This document shows, one piece after another, positions 35,557 through 48,932 of a DNA stretch of 64,000 nt. The notes under the pieces were generated by a model. The model did not search any database. It was given only the letters and a program-made list of their open reading frames with translations, and had not been told where the DNA came from. The position numbers and the translations under genes were made by a program. This DNA comes from Cyanophora paradoxa CCMP329. Its lineage: Eukaryota > Plantae > Glaucophyta. The stretch is taken from contig QPMI01000545.1 of the NCBI GenBank assembly GCA_004431415.1, positions 214,900-278,899 of the forward strand. The letters run 5' to 3'. Each line of letters begins with the position of its first letter. The first letter of the stretch is position 1.

Positions 35557-38500
35557 TCAGGCCCAGGCCGGGTAGGCGAGTCTGTAATGAATCAGACCGC
35601 GCAGGATTTGGTTGAGCTGCTCGGTGCAGGGGGCGGGAAGGCGAGGCCGCGGAGGGCCATAGAGACGTAGCGGAAGGGGTGGGGGAGGCGGCCCCTGTTA
35701 TCCCACATGGCGTCCACTATGGCGTTGTGGACCACTTGCTCTGGGAGGGCGGGACGGGCCTGCGCGCACCGTTTCAGGGCCCTCAGCAGCCCTCGAAGAT
35801 GTTGGAGTTGGCGTGCACCAGCGGGAGGGAGGGCTGGGACGGCGGCGGCGAGCCCGGGGCCGAGCCCTGGGTGGCGAGGGCCTGCGAGGGCGCCGGCTCC
35901 AGCTCCATCTCGAACATACCGCCCTCGACGTCGACGGTCACGGGCGGCGAGGCCGGGATCGCGCCGGCCTGCTGCGTGGCGGGGACCTGAGCCGAGAAGT
36001 TCTCGAGCCGCCACTCGCGGCAGCCCTGGCACTCACCTGGACGAAGACGGTGCGGTTGGCGACGGGCGGCGTCGGCAGGGCCTGCGCGGGGGCGTCACTC
36101 ACAGAAGCCGAAGGCGCCGGCCTTGTGGGGCGGGGCGTCGGGGTCGCGGGGCGTGCTATAGGCCTCCGAGCCCTCCGATTCAGAGTCACTCACCGGGCTG
36201 AGAGGGTGGGGTGAGAAGAGGCCGAGGCGGGCCTTCTTGGCGGGCAGGAGGTGGGAGCCGTTGAGGGCGCAATCGGCGCCGTGGGCGCACCTCTCTCCGT
36301 AGGTGGGGCAGAGGGCCGGGGCGAGGGCGCCGGAGCCAAGGGCGCCGGAGCCGAGGACGCCGGGGGCTGGAGGAGGCGGTGAGAGGGGCCGAGGAGGAGA
36401 GGAAGGGGAAGGGCGCGGGCACCGGCGCCGGGACGAGGCCCTCCTCCAGCAGCCGCATCTGCGCCTCCTTCGCCTTCTCGTCGATGCGGGCCTCGAACGT
36501 CGCCCAGTTGAAGCCGACGGCGTCCGCCTCCGCCAGCTCGGGGAGGCCGTGCTCGTCGAACGCCAGCGCGGGCCGCCCGCTGAAGCCGAACGGGGCGGGG
36601 GCGAGAGCGCGTTGTCCCCGACGCCCCAGACGGCGCTGAACGCCGCATCGTCCCAGCGCGCCTCCGCCTCCGCCTGGCCCTCGTCCCTTGCCTCGTCCAC
36701 CTCCTTGGCGGAGAGCGACCCGATCTTGATGATGGAGGCCTGGATCAGCACAAACTCGCGCTGGAAGAATTGGACGAGCGGGATGGTAACTGCGGGAGAG
36801 GGGGTGAGCGGGGAGAGCGCGGGGCGCAGGCCAAGGGCGGGGGCGCAGGCCAAGGGCGGGGCGGACGCACATTCGATGCCGTAGGCCACCTCCTTGATGT
36901 AGCGGCCCCGGCGGCCGATCTCCTTGGCCAGCATGCTGCACTCCTTGCGCGCCGGGTGGCCGTGGCCCCACTCCATGGCGATCATCGCCTTCGCCAGACG
37001 GACGCCCTCGATGTGCCACTCGTCCATCAGCGCCTCCAGCTTGGCGCAGATGCGCATCCAGAAGAAGACGCGCTTGAGCTTGTCGCGGTCGAATTCGGCG
37101 TCGCCGCTCTTGCTGCCCCAGTCGCGCAGGTCCGTCTCCTCCGCCTTCTTCACCTTCTCGTACCAGCACTTGATCTTCTCCGCCTGGCGCTGGAACTCGT
37201 CCGCCCGCGCCGTGAGAACGTCCGACTCCTCCTGCGCTCCGAGGGCCCGGGGTCAGGGAGGAGAGGCGGGCTAAGCGGGGCGGCGGCGGACCGTGTGCGA
37301 GAGCTCGCCGACGATCACGGAGATGGCCGCCGAGAGGATCTCACGGGCGCGGGCCGGCCCGTTTGGGTGGCCCTCGCGCAGAACCTCCTCCAGCTTCAGC
37401 ACGGCCGTCCGCGCGAGATCGCGGTGGCGCTGGCGGGTCTCGTCGCTCCGGCCCTGATCCACGAGAAGCTGGAGCTGGGGCCGCATGCCGGAGTCGCAGA
37501 CGCTGGCGTACTTCAGAAGGGCCGCGCAGGAGAGCACCTTCTGCACGCTGACCAGCCAGTACGCGTAGCCCAGCGGGCTCTCCGCGCTCGGGTTCTCCCC
37601 GACCTGCGGACGCGACCTTAGCGCGCGCAGGGGCAGGGGAAAGGGGAAAGGGCGGGCTCTCGCGCACGTAAATGTCATCGGCGCAGGAGAGGAACATGTG
37701 ATCAACGACGTCGAAGAAGCCGCCGGACGGGAGCGTGCCGACGCCGTGGTACGCGCCTTGGATGGTCTCGCCGGCGCAGATGCCGGCCTGGACGGTGACG
37801 GTGTACTGCGAGGCCGGCGGCCCCTCCTTCACGTAGACGAAGTTGAGGTCGTACTTCTTGGCGTACGTCGGGTTGATGCGCTTGGTGACGATGACGTAAT
37901 CGCACCGAACGCCGAGGCCGGACGGGCTGGCCTTCTCCTTCTCCGTCACCGACGCCAGGCACTGATCCCGCGCGATCAAGAGCTGCAGCGGCCCGCGCGT
38001 GAGCAAGCGCGGGCACGCGAGCGCAGGGAAGGGCCCTCACCCCGTGGGCGCCGCCGCTGCCGGATTTGAGGTCCGCGAGGAACTCCTTCTGCTCCGGAGT
38101 GCCGGAGAAGATCGCGCGCGGATGGAAATCGCGATGGAGCGCGATGCTGTTGAAGCAGCCCGCCGCCGCATTGTCGGACATCAGCAACAGCGCCACATCG
38201 CCGTGCGTGAAGCCGTACTTCGCCTTCACATGCTCCGGCAGCTCGTGAATGCTGTAAGGCACGATCTGCGCGCGGGGCACGCGAGCCGGGGCATGTGAGC
38301 CGGGGCCGAAGCGGTGCGGGCGAAACCGCGAACCTCGTTGAACTTATTCACCGGCGTGAACTGGCCCTTGGTCTTCAAGCGCTTCGGGTGGCCGTCCGTG
38401 TTCTGGATCTTCTTCAGCCCGCCGAACGGCTCGAAGCGCGGCACGCCGGCCGAGTTGAACACGCTATCGCAGGTCATCGCGTTGAGCGCCTCCTCCGCCG

Positions 38501-38585
38501 ACAGGCTGCCGAGATCGCGGGCTATGCTGTCCTGCTCGCCGGGCTGCTGCTGCTTCGCGCACGAGCGGAAGGTCGCCGCCTGCAT
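35557..38585 (-). CDS. Gene A, copy 2
   Basis: Near-identical to 28541-31554. Confidence 0.6.
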
Positions 38586-39182
38586 CGCGAGTGTTACTGC
38601 CCGCGATGTCTCAACGGATTCCGTTCAACGTCGTACCCCGCTGGCTTGTTCCCTCCCCAACTCGCGAAGACTCAGACTTGAAGCCCGCTTCCCCCCCCCT
38701 CAAAATGCGTACCCCCCTTGGGCTCGAACCCCGGTCGGTTTCTCGCTTTTTTTTGACTGCCCAGTCCGGCGATGCAATGCAGGCCGCTCGTTCAAATCGG
38801 CTGGGAACTTGGCGCCAGAACCTTCGCAGCGCGCGCAGCACTCCCAGCAGAGCGCGCGCAGCACCGGCGGCAGCATCGGCGGCAGCAGCATGTCTCGGCT
38901 CGCGCTCCCTCCGGAGATCCCGGCTAAGCTGGCGAAGAACACGCTGTACGACGTTCTCTGCGTCGGCGACAGCTTCGGCGTCGATTGGACGGTTTTCGAG
39001 GCCGGCATCAGCGACCAGGCGAAGGAGGCGCAGGCGCGTGCGCTGGAGGATGGCATGCAGTTCAGCCCGAGCAGCAAGGATGTGCTGCGCAAGACCGAGC
39101 TGGCCGAGCGCAAGCGCAAGCTCGCCGCGGCGCGGACTTTGAACGCCGAGGGTGCCCCCGGTCACGAGTCTGTAATGAATCA

Positions 39183-39828
39183 TTCTCCGTCACCGACGCC
39201 AGGCACTGATCCCGCGCGATCAAGAGCTGCAGCGGCCCGCGCGTGAGCAAGCGCGGGCACGCGAGCGCAGGGAAGGGCCCTCACCCCGTGGGCGCCGCCG
39301 CTGCCGGATTTGAGGTCCGCGAGGAACTCCTTCTGCTCCGGAGTGCCGGAGAAGATCGCGCGCGGATGGAAATCGCGATGGAGCGCGATGCTGTTGAAGC
39401 AGCCCGCCGCCGCATTGTCGGACATCAGCAACAGCGCCACATCGCCGTGCGTGAAGCCGTACTTCGCCTTCACATGCTCCGGCAGCTCGTGAATGCTGTA
39501 AGGCACGATCTGCGCGCGGGGCACGCGAGCCGGGGCATGTGAGCCGGGCCGAAGCGGTGCGGGCGAAACCGCGAACCTCGTTGAACTTATTCACCGGCGT
39601 GAACTGGCCCTTGGTCTTCAAGCGCTTCGGGTGGCCGTCCGTGTTCTGGATCTTCTTCAGCCCGCCGAACGGCTCGAAGCGCGGCACGCCGGCCGAGTTG
39701 AACACGCTATCGCAGGTCATCGCGTTGAGCGCCTCCTCCGCCGACAGGCTGCCGAGATCGCGGGCTATGCTGTCCTGCTCGCCGGGCTGCTGCTGCTTCG
39801 CGCACGAGCGGAAGGTCGCCGCCTGCAT
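39183..39828 (-). pseudogene. Gene A 5' fragment within an internal duplication of about 1.25 kb
   Basis: Repeats 30909-31554 after the junction at 39161-39182. Confidence 0.6.
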
Positions 39829-40133
39829 CGCGAGTGTTACTGCCCGCGATGTCTCAACGGATTCCGTTCAACGTCGTACCCCCGCTGGCTTGTTCCCTCC
39901 CCAACTCGCGAAGACTCAGACTTGAAGCCCGCTTCCCCCCCCCTCAAAATGCGTACCCCCCTTGGGCTCGAACCCCGGTCGGTTTCTCGCTTTTTTTTGA
40001 CTGCCCAGTCCGGCGATGCAATGCAGGCCGCTCGTTCAAATCGGCTGGGAACTTGGCGCCAGAACCTTCGCAGCGCGCGCAGCACTCCCAGCAGAGCGCG
40101 CGCAGCACCGGCGGCAGCATCGGCGGCAGCAGC

Positions 40134-42974
40134 ATGTCTCGGCTCGCGCTCCCTCCGGAGATCCCGGCTAAGCTGGCGAAGAACACGCTGTACGACGTTC
40201 TCTGCGTCGGCGACAGCTTCGGCGTCGATTGGACGGTTTTCGAGGCCGGCATCAGCGACCAGGCGAAGGAGGCGCAGGCGCGTGCGCTGGAGGATGGCAT
40301 GCAGTTCAGCCCGAGCAGCAAGGATGTGCTGCGCAAGACCGAGCTGGCCGAGCGCAAGCGCAAGCTCGCCGCGGCGCGGACTTTGAACGCCGAGGGTGCC
40401 CCGGCCCGTCGGTGCAGTTCTCCATCGACTCCGTCCTGTCGCGGCTGCGGCTCGCGGAGGTGCTCGCTGCCTCTTTCTCCCTCACGCGCCCGGCTCGCAG
40501 CGGCTGAGGCGCCGCCGCGCTCGCAGGACGCGGACGTGCGGGCGATGCACGCGGCGCTGAACATGACGGAGGAGAACTTCGACACGCCGAGCAAGCCGAA
40601 GCCCGGGCGCGATTCCGACGCCCGCCGGCTGTTCGCGGCGCAGCGCCTGCGGCTGCTCATGGGCGCCGTGCCCCGGCACATCGCCAAGGGCGAGTGGCGC
40701 ACGATTGGCCTGCTGGCGGGCCCGGAGGAGTTCTACTTCAACCGCATGGCGGAGGCGGCCCCGCACCTGCTCTGGCTGCTGGTGCTCAGCTCGGACCCGG
40801 CCTACACGCCCGAGGTGCGCCCCGGCCGCCCGTGCAGCCGCGGCCGCCCTCCCCGCCGACCCCCGCCGGCCCGCAGAGGCTGGCGAAGGGCATCATGGGC
40901 GTCGAGGCGCGCTGCATCATGCGGAACAGCCGCGCGTTCATCACGCGCCACGAGAGCTCGGCGGTCTGGGGCGAGCGGCCGGACACCGGCGTCCTCACCG
41001 ACGCCTACGCCATCCGCATCGTGCTGGAGGCGGCCTGCCGGACGTGCCGGGACCGCCACGGGCGCCAGGGCATCTGCGCCTTCGACCTGGTTCCTGAGTT
41101 CGAGGTGCCGGCGTCACCATCGGCGACCGCGTGCAGGTGCGCCGTTTCTATTTGGATGCTATTTAGATGCTATTTAGACTATTTAGATGCCATTTAAACC
41201 CCTCGCAGGTCATCCGCCGGTGCTCGATGCCGGACTCGCACGGGCGGCCATGATCCACGGCGCCGTGAAGTACGTGGTGCCGCGGCGCACCCTCGCCCTC
41301 ACCTTCTTCGTCCCCGTCTTCGACAAGGCGGCCGCCGCCGCCGCCGCCGCCGCCTCCCGCCCCGCCCCATGCTCGCGGCCGCGGAGTCCTCGGATTCCGA
41401 CTCGGATTCCGAGGCGGAGCGCGAGGCCGAGGCCGCCGCCGCGGCCCGGGCGCTGGACTTCACGGAGGAGGAGCTGGAGCGGGCGCGGAGCCTGCCGCGC
41501 GCCGGCCAGGCGATGGCCGCGGCCTTCCAGGCGGCGATCGGCGAGGCGACGGCCTCCGCCTCGGGCGCCCGGGCCGGCGGCAGCATGATCACGGCGGAGG
41601 GCCTCGCGCGCGCCATGCGCGTGGCCCAGGCCCAGGCCAGGCGAAGGGCAAGGGCAAGGGCAAGGCCGCCTACATCGACCTGCGGTTCGAGGAGGAGGAG
41701 GCGGGTGCCCGGCGGCGCGGCGCGATCTCGGCGAGGAGATGGAGGCGGCGGCCCCCAAGGCGGCCGGTGCGCCCTCCCCGCCCCTAATTTCTGAGCCTAG
41801 GGCGTTCCAGAGGCGCAAAGGAATGACCCTGCCCACAGAGGAGGAGCTGGAGGCCGAGCGCGAGATGGAGATGGAGGCCGCGCTGGCGGCGGCGGCGGAC
41901 GCGAAGGCCTCGCGCGAGCTGGAGGTGGCGGAGGAGTACGCGATGGAGCTGGAGCGCGAGCGCGAGCGCGAGGGCGAGCCCGATGCGGAGCTGGCGGCGA
42001 CGGTGGAGGCGGGGGCGGGGACACCTTCGAGCCCGAGCCCCCCGTCGACGAGTTCTACCCCTCCCGCCCTCCCCTCCCTCGACGGCGCCCCGCCGCCGCC
42101 CATCGAGGAGTTCTCGGACGACGAGCCCGGCGACGCCGGCCCCAGGCCGCCCCTCGTCTCCCCCCGCCGCCGCCCGCCCCGTGCCCCCGCCAGCCCCGCC
42201 GCCTCCGACGTCTCCTGGCGCCCGAGCGGCAACCCCTCGGCCTTCAGTCCCTTCCGCCCCTCGCAGCCCTCGCAGCGCCCGCCGCCCTCCGTCCAGGGTA
42301 CCCCCTCGCCCGCCCCATCCCCTCGCCGCCGCGGGGCACGCCCGTCGCCACGCCCGCCTCCTCCCTCGGCCACATGCCCCTCCGCCCCCTCCGGCCCCCG
42401 CGCCGGCCGCCTCTCCCGCCGGGCCCAGCAGCGGCGCGAGCGCGAGCGGCAGCTGCTGCGCGATCAGCGGGCGGAGGCGGAGGCGGACCACGACGACGGC
42501 CAGGCGTCGGAGGTGCCCCGGCGGCGCGGCGCGATCTCGGCGAGGAGATGGAGGCGGCGGCCCCCAAGGCGGCCGGTGCGCCCTCCCGCCCCTAATTTCT
42601 GAGCCTAGGCGTTCCAGAGGCGCAAAGGAATGACCCTGCCCACAGAGGAGGAGCTGGAGGCCGAGCGCGAGATGGAGATGGAGGCCGCGCTGGCGGCGGC
42701 GGCGGACGCGAAGGCCTCGCGCGAGCTGGAGGTGGCGGAGGAGTACGCGATGGAGCTGGAGCGCGAGCGCGAGCGCGAGGGCGAGCCCGATGCGGAGCTG
42801 GCGGCGACGGTGGAGGCGGGGGCGGGGACACCTTCGAGCCCGAGCCCCCGTCGACGAGTTCTACCCCTCCCGCCCTCCCCCTCCCTCGACGGCGCCCCGC
42901 CGCCGCCCATCGAGGAGTTCTCGGACGACGAGCCCGGCGACGCCGGCCCCAGGCCGCCCCTCAAGAAATTCTAA
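40134..42974 (+). pseudogene. Gene B 5' half, copy 2 (a shorter stub also lies at 38890-39161)
   Basis: Near-identical to 31860-34714. Confidence 0.6.
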
Positions 42975-42995
42975 ACGCTACTGCGAGACCAAGTC

Positions 42996-43661
42996 ATGCA
43001 TACCGATACAGATTGCGAGACTTGCGAGAACTTGCAACAGGGGAGCGCGGCGTGGCACGCGGCGCGCCGCGAAAAGCTAACTGCCTCGAACTTTGCGGCT
43101 GCGTGCGGCATAAATCCCTGGAAATCCAGGGCCCGCCTCTGGGCGGAGCTAAGCGGCATAGCGGAGGAAAACAACTTCGACAACCCTGCGCTAACCTACG
43201 GGCATGACTATGAGCCCCTCGCGGTCTCTCTCTACAAAACGTCGAACAACAACGTGGACGTGCAACATACTGGATTGCACGAACATAAGGAACTGCCCTT
43301 CCTGGCGGGCAGCCCGGACGGGCTGATTGGAAGCGATCGTATACTTGAAATAAAATGCCCCTACAAACAAGAACTCTACGAAAAGGTCCCAACTTATTAC
43401 ATGCCCCAGCTCCAGGGCCTGCTGGACATAACGGGCCGCGAGTGGGCCGAACTTTTTTGCTTCACTCCTCTGCGCGTGCAAACGTGGTACGTCAGACGGG
43501 ACGAGAGGTACATCAAGCTCATGAGGAAGTGCTTACATCTATTTTGGATGCACGTCAAGGAGGGCACGCCGCCCGAGCCCTACAGCGATCGAATGAAGTC
43601 AGAGAACCTCAGCGAGGAGCAGGCGGCGCTGCGCGAGTTTAAGTCGTACGCCCTCCTCTAG
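42996..43661 (+). CDS. YqaJ-like viral recombinase / lambda-type exonuclease, copy 3
   Basis: Same 221-aa protein as copy 2. Confidence 0.93.
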   Translation: MHTDTDCETCENLQQGSAAWHAARREKLTASNFAAACGINPWKSRARLWAELSGIAEENNFDNPALTYGHDYEPLAVSLYKTSNNNVDVQHTGLHEHKELPFLAGSPDGLIGSDRILEIKCPYKQELYEKVPTYYMPQLQGLLDITGREWAELFCFTPLRVQTWYVRRDERYIKLMRKCLHLFWMHVKEGTPPEPYSDRMKSENLSEEQAALREFKSYALL

Positions 43662-43815
43662 TGTCCGGACCTTTCCAATACTCTATATGATTATTGGGAG
43701 GGTCCGGACACGTCTCTTGGTCAGACTACTTCTGTCCCAGGTCTTTGGAATCTTAATATAAATTTTCCCGGGACCCGGGACAGGGCTTGGTCGGACTCAC
43801 CGTAGCTTGTGTAGC

Positions 43816-46800
43816 TCAGGCCCAGGCCGGGTAGGCGAGTCTGTAATGAATCAGACCGCGCAGGATTTGGTTGAGCTGCTCGGTGCAGGGGGCGGGAAGG
43901 CGAGGCCGCGGAGGGCCATAGAGACGTAGCGGAAGGGGTGGGGGAGGCGGCCCCTGTTATCCCACATGGCGTCCACTATGGCGTTGTGGACCACTTGCTC
44001 TGGGAGGGCGGGACGGGCCTGCGCGCACCGTTTCAGGGCCCTCAGCAGCCCTCGAAGATGTTGGAGTTGGCGTGCACCAGCGGGAGGGAGGGCTGGGACG
44101 GCGGCGGCGAGCCCGGGGCCGAGCCCTGGGTGGCGAGGGCCTGCGAGGGCGCCGGCTCCAGCTCCATCTCGAACATACCGCCCTCGACGTCGACGGTCAC
44201 GGGCGCGAGGCCGGGATCGCGCCGGCCTGCTGCGTGGCGGGGACCTGAGCCGAGAAGTTCTCGAGCCGCCACTCGCGGCAGCCCTGGCACTCACCTGGAC
44301 GAAGACGGTGCGGTTGGCGACGGGCGGCGTCGGCAGGGCCTGCGCGGGGCGTCACTCACAGAAGCCGAAGGCGCCGGCCTTGTGGGGCGGGGCGTCGGGG
44401 TCGCGGGCGTGCTATAGGCCTCCGAGCCCTCCGATTCAGAGTCACTCACCGGGCTGAGAGGGTGGGGTGAGAAGAGGCCGAGGCGGGCCTTCTTGGCGGG
44501 CAGGAGGTGGGAGCCGTTGAGGGCGCAATCGGCGCCGTGGGCGCACCTCTCTCCGTAGGTGGGGCAGAGGGCCGGGGGCGAGGGCGCCGGAGCCAAGGGC
44601 GCCGGAGCCGAGGACGCCGGGGGCTGGAGGAGGCGGTGAGAGGGGCCGAGGAGGAGAGGAAGGGGAAGGGCGCGGGCACCGGCGCCGGGACGAGGCCCTC
44701 CTCCAGCAGCCGCATCTGCGCCTCCTTCGCCTTCTCGTCGATGCGGGCCTCGAACGTCGCCCAGTTGAAGCCGACGGCGTCCGCCTCCGCCAGCTCGGGG
44801 AGGCCGTGCTCGTCGAACGCCAGCGCGGGCCGCCCGCTGAAGCCGAACGGGGCGGGGGGCGAGAGCGCGTTGTCCCCGACGCCCCAGACGGCGCTGAACG
44901 CCGCATCGTCCCAGCGCGCCTCCGCCTCCGCCTGGCCCTCGTCCCTTGCCTCGTCCACCTCCTTGGCGGAGAGCGACCCGATCTTGATGATGGAGGCCTG
45001 GATCAGCACAAACTCGCGCTGGAAGAATTGGACGAGCGGGATGGTAACTGCGGGAGAGGGGGTGAGCGGGGAGAGCGCGGGGCGCAGGCCAAGGGCGGGG
45101 GCGCAGGCCAAGGGCGGGCGGACGCACATTCGATGCCGTAGGCCACCTCCTTGATGTAGCGGCCCCGGCGGCCGATCTCCTTGGCCAGCATGCTGCACTC
45201 CTTGCGCGCCGGGTGGCCGTGGCCCCACTCCATGGCGATCATCGCCTTCGCCAGACGGACGCCCTCGATGTGCCACTCGTCCATCAGCGCCTCCAGCTTG
45301 GCGCAGATGCGCATCCAGAAGAAGACGCGCTTGAGCTTGTCGCGGTCGAATTCGGCGTCGCCGCTCTTGCTGCCCCAGTCGCGCAGGTCCGTCTCCTCCG
45401 CCTTCTTCACCTTCTCGTACCAGCACTTGATCTTCTCCGCCTGGCGCTGGAACTCGTCCGCCCGCGCCGTGAGAACGTCCGACTCCTCCTGCGCTCCGAG
45501 GGCCCGGGGTCAGGGAGGAGAGGCGGGCTAAGCGGGGCGGCGGCGGACCGTGTGCGAGAGCTCGCCGACGATCACGGAGATGGCCGCCGAGAGGATCTCA
45601 CGGGCGCGGGCCGGCCCGTTTGGGTGGCCCTCGCGCAGAACCTCCTCCAGCTTCAGCACGGCCGTCCGCGCGAGATCGCGGTGGCGCTGGCGGGTCTCGT
45701 CGCTCCGGCCCTGATCCACGAGAAGCTGGAGCTGGGGCCGCATGCCGGAGTCGCAGACGCTGGCGTACTTCAGAAGGGCCGCGCAGGAGAGCACCTTCTG
45801 CACGCTGACCAGCCAGTACGCGTAGCCCAGCGGGCTCTCCGCGCTCGGGTTCTCCCCGACCTGCGGACGCGACCTTAGCGCGCGCAGGGGCAGGGGAAAG
45901 GGGAAAGGGCGGGCTCTCGCGCACGTAAATGTCATCGGCGCAGGAGAGGAACATGTGATCAACGACGTCGAAGAAGCCGCCGGACGGGAGCGTGCCGACG
46001 CCGTGGTACGCGCCTTGGATGGTCTCGCCGGCGCAGATGCCGGCCTGGACGGTGACGGTGTACTGCGAGGCCGGCGGCCCCTCCTTCACGTAGACGAAGT
46101 TGAGGTCGTACTTCTTGGCGTACGTCGGGTTGATGCGCTTGGTGACGATGACGTAATCGCACCGAACGCCGAGGCCGGACGGGCTGGCCTTCTCCTTCTC
46201 CGTCACCGACGCCAGGCACTGATCCCGCGCGATCAAGAGCTGCAGCGGCCCGCGCGTGAGCAAGCGCGGGCACGCGAGCGCAGGGAAGGGCCCTCACCCC
46301 GTGGGCGCCGCCGCTGCCGGATTTGAGGTCCGCGAGGAACTCCTTCTGCTCCGGAGTGCCGGAGAAGATCGCGCGCGGATGGAAATCGCGATGGAGCGCG
46401 ATGCTGTTGAAGCAGCCCGCCGCCGCATTGTCGGACATCAGCAACAGCGCCACATCGCCGTGCGTGAAGCCGTACTTCGCCTTCACATGCTCCGGCAGCT
46501 CGTGAATGCTGTAAGGCACGATCTGCGCGCGGGGCACGCGAGCCGGGGCATGTGAGCCGGGGCCGAAGCGGTGCGGGCGAAACCGCGAACCTCGTTGAAC
46601 TTATTCACCGGCGTGAACTGGCCCTTGGTCTTCAAGCGCTTCGGGTGGCCGTCCGTGTTCTGGATCTTCTTCAGCCCGCCGAACGGCTCGAAGCGCGGCA
46701 CGCCGGCCGAGTTGAACACGCTATCGCAGGTCATCGCGTTGAGCGCCTCCTCCGCCGACAGGCTGCCGAGATCGCGGGCTATGCTGTCCTGCTCGCCGGG

Positions 46801-46842
46801 CTGCTGCTGCTTCGCGCACGAGCGGAAGGTCGCCGCCTGCAT
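43816..46842 (-). CDS. Gene A, copy 3
   Basis: Near-identical to 28541-31554. Confidence 0.6.
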
Positions 46843-47145
46843 CGCGAGTGTTACTGCCCGCGATGTCTCAACGGATTCCGTTCAACGTCGTACCCCCGCT
46901 GGCTTGTTCCCTCCCCAACTCGCGAAGACTCAGACTTGAAGCCCGCTTCCCCCCCCTCAAAATGCGTACCCCCTTGGGCTCGAACCCCGGTCGGTTTCTC
47001 GCTTTTTTTTGACTGCCCAGTCCGGCGATGCAATGCAGGCCGCTCGTTCAAATCGGCTGGGAACTTGGCGCCAGAACCTTCGCAGCGCGCGCAGCACTCC
47101 CAGCAGAGCGCGCGCAGCACCGGCGGCAGCATCGGCGGCAGCAGC

Positions 47146-48844
47146 ATGTCTCGGCTCGCGCTCCCTCCGGAGATCCCGGCTAAGCTGGCGAAGAACACGC
47201 TGTACGACGTTCTCTGCGTCGGCGACAGCTTCGGCGTCGATTGGACGGTTTTCGAGGCCGGCATCAGCGACCAGGCGAAGGAGGCGCAGGCGCGTGCGCT
47301 GGAGGATGGCATGCAGTTCAGCCCGAGCAGCAAGGATGTGCTGCGCAAGACCGAGCTGGCCGAGCGCAAGCGCAAGCTCGCCGCGGCGCGGACTTTGAAC
47401 GCCGAGGGTGCCCCCGGCCCGTCGGTGCAGTTCTCCATCGACTCCGTCCTGTCGCGGCTGCGGCTCGCGGAGGTGCTCGCTGCCTCTTTCTCCCTCACGC
47501 GCCCGGCTCGCAGCGGCTGAGGCGCCGCCGCGCTCGCAGGACGCGGACGTGCGGGCGATGCACGCGGCGCTGAACATGACGGAGGAGAACTTCGACACGC
47601 CGAGCAAGCCGAAGCCCGGGCGCGATTCCGACGCCCGCCGGCTGTTCGCGGCGCAGCGCCTGCGGCTGCTCATGGGCGCCGTGCCCCGGCACATCGCCAA
47701 GGGCGAGTGGCGCACGATTGGCCTGCTGGCGGGCCCGGAGGAGTTCTACTTCAACCGCATGGCGGAGGCGGCCCCGCACCTGCTCTGGCTGCTGGTGCTC
47801 AGCTCGGACCCGGCCTACACGCCCGAGGTGCGCCCCCGGCCGCCCGTGCAGCCGCGGCCGCCCCTCCCGCCGACCCCCGCCGGCCCGCAGAGGCTGGCGA
47901 AGGGCATCATGGGCGTCGAGGCGCGCTGCATCATGCGGAACAGCCGCGCGTTCATCACGCGCCACGAGAGCTCGGCGGTCTGGGGCGAGCGGCCGGACAC
48001 CGGCGTCCTCACCGACGCCTACGCCATCCGCATCGTGCTGGAGGCGGCCTGCCGGACGTGCCGGGACCGCCACGGGCGCCAGGGCATCTGCGCCTTCGAC
48101 CTGGTTCCTGAGTTCGAGGTGCCCGGCGTCACCATCGGCGACCGCGTGCAGGTGCGCCGTTTCTATTTGGATGCTATTTAGATGCTATTTAGACTATTTA
48201 GATGCCATTTAAACCCCCTCGCAGGTCATCCGCCGGTGCTCGATGCCGGACTCGCACGGGCGGCCCATGATCCACGGCGCCGTGAAGTACGTGGTGCCGC
48301 GGCGCACCCTCGCCCTCACCTTCTTCGTCCCCGTCTTCGACAAGGCGGCCGCCGCCGCCGCCGCCGCCGCCTCCCGCCCCGCCCCATGCTCGCGGCCGCG
48401 GAGTCCTCGGATTCCGACTCGGATTCCGAGGCGGAGCGCGAGGCCGAGGCCGCCGCCGCGGCCCGGGCGCTGGACTTCACGGAGGAGGAGCTGGAGCGGG
48501 CGCGGAGCCTGCCGCGCGCCGGCCAGGCGATGGCCGCGGCCTTCCAGGCGGCGATCGGCGAGGCGACGGCCTCCGCCTCGGGCGCCCGGGCCGGCGGCAG
48601 CATGATCACGGCGGAGGGCCTCGCGCGCGCCATGCGCGTGGCCCAGGCCCAGGCCCAGGCGAAGGGCAAGGGCAAGGGCAAGGCCGCCTACATCGACCTG
48701 CGGTTCGAGGAGGAGGAGGCGGGTGCCCCGGCGGCGCGGCGCGATCTCGGCGAGGAGATGGAGGCGGCGGCCCCCAAGGCGGCCGGTGCGCCCTCCCCGC
48801 CCCTAATTTCTGAGCCTAGGGCGTTCCAGAGGCGCAAAGGAATG
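47146..48844 (+). pseudogene. Gene B 5' part, copy 3 (truncated earlier than the other copies)
   Basis: Breaks at ..RRKGM (48844) into a templated insertion. Confidence 0.6.
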
Positions 48845-48932
48845 GGCCGCGCAGGAGAGCACCTTCTGCACGCTGACCAGCCAGTACGCGTAGCCCAGCG
48901 GGCTACTCTAAACGCTACTGCGAGACCAAGTC

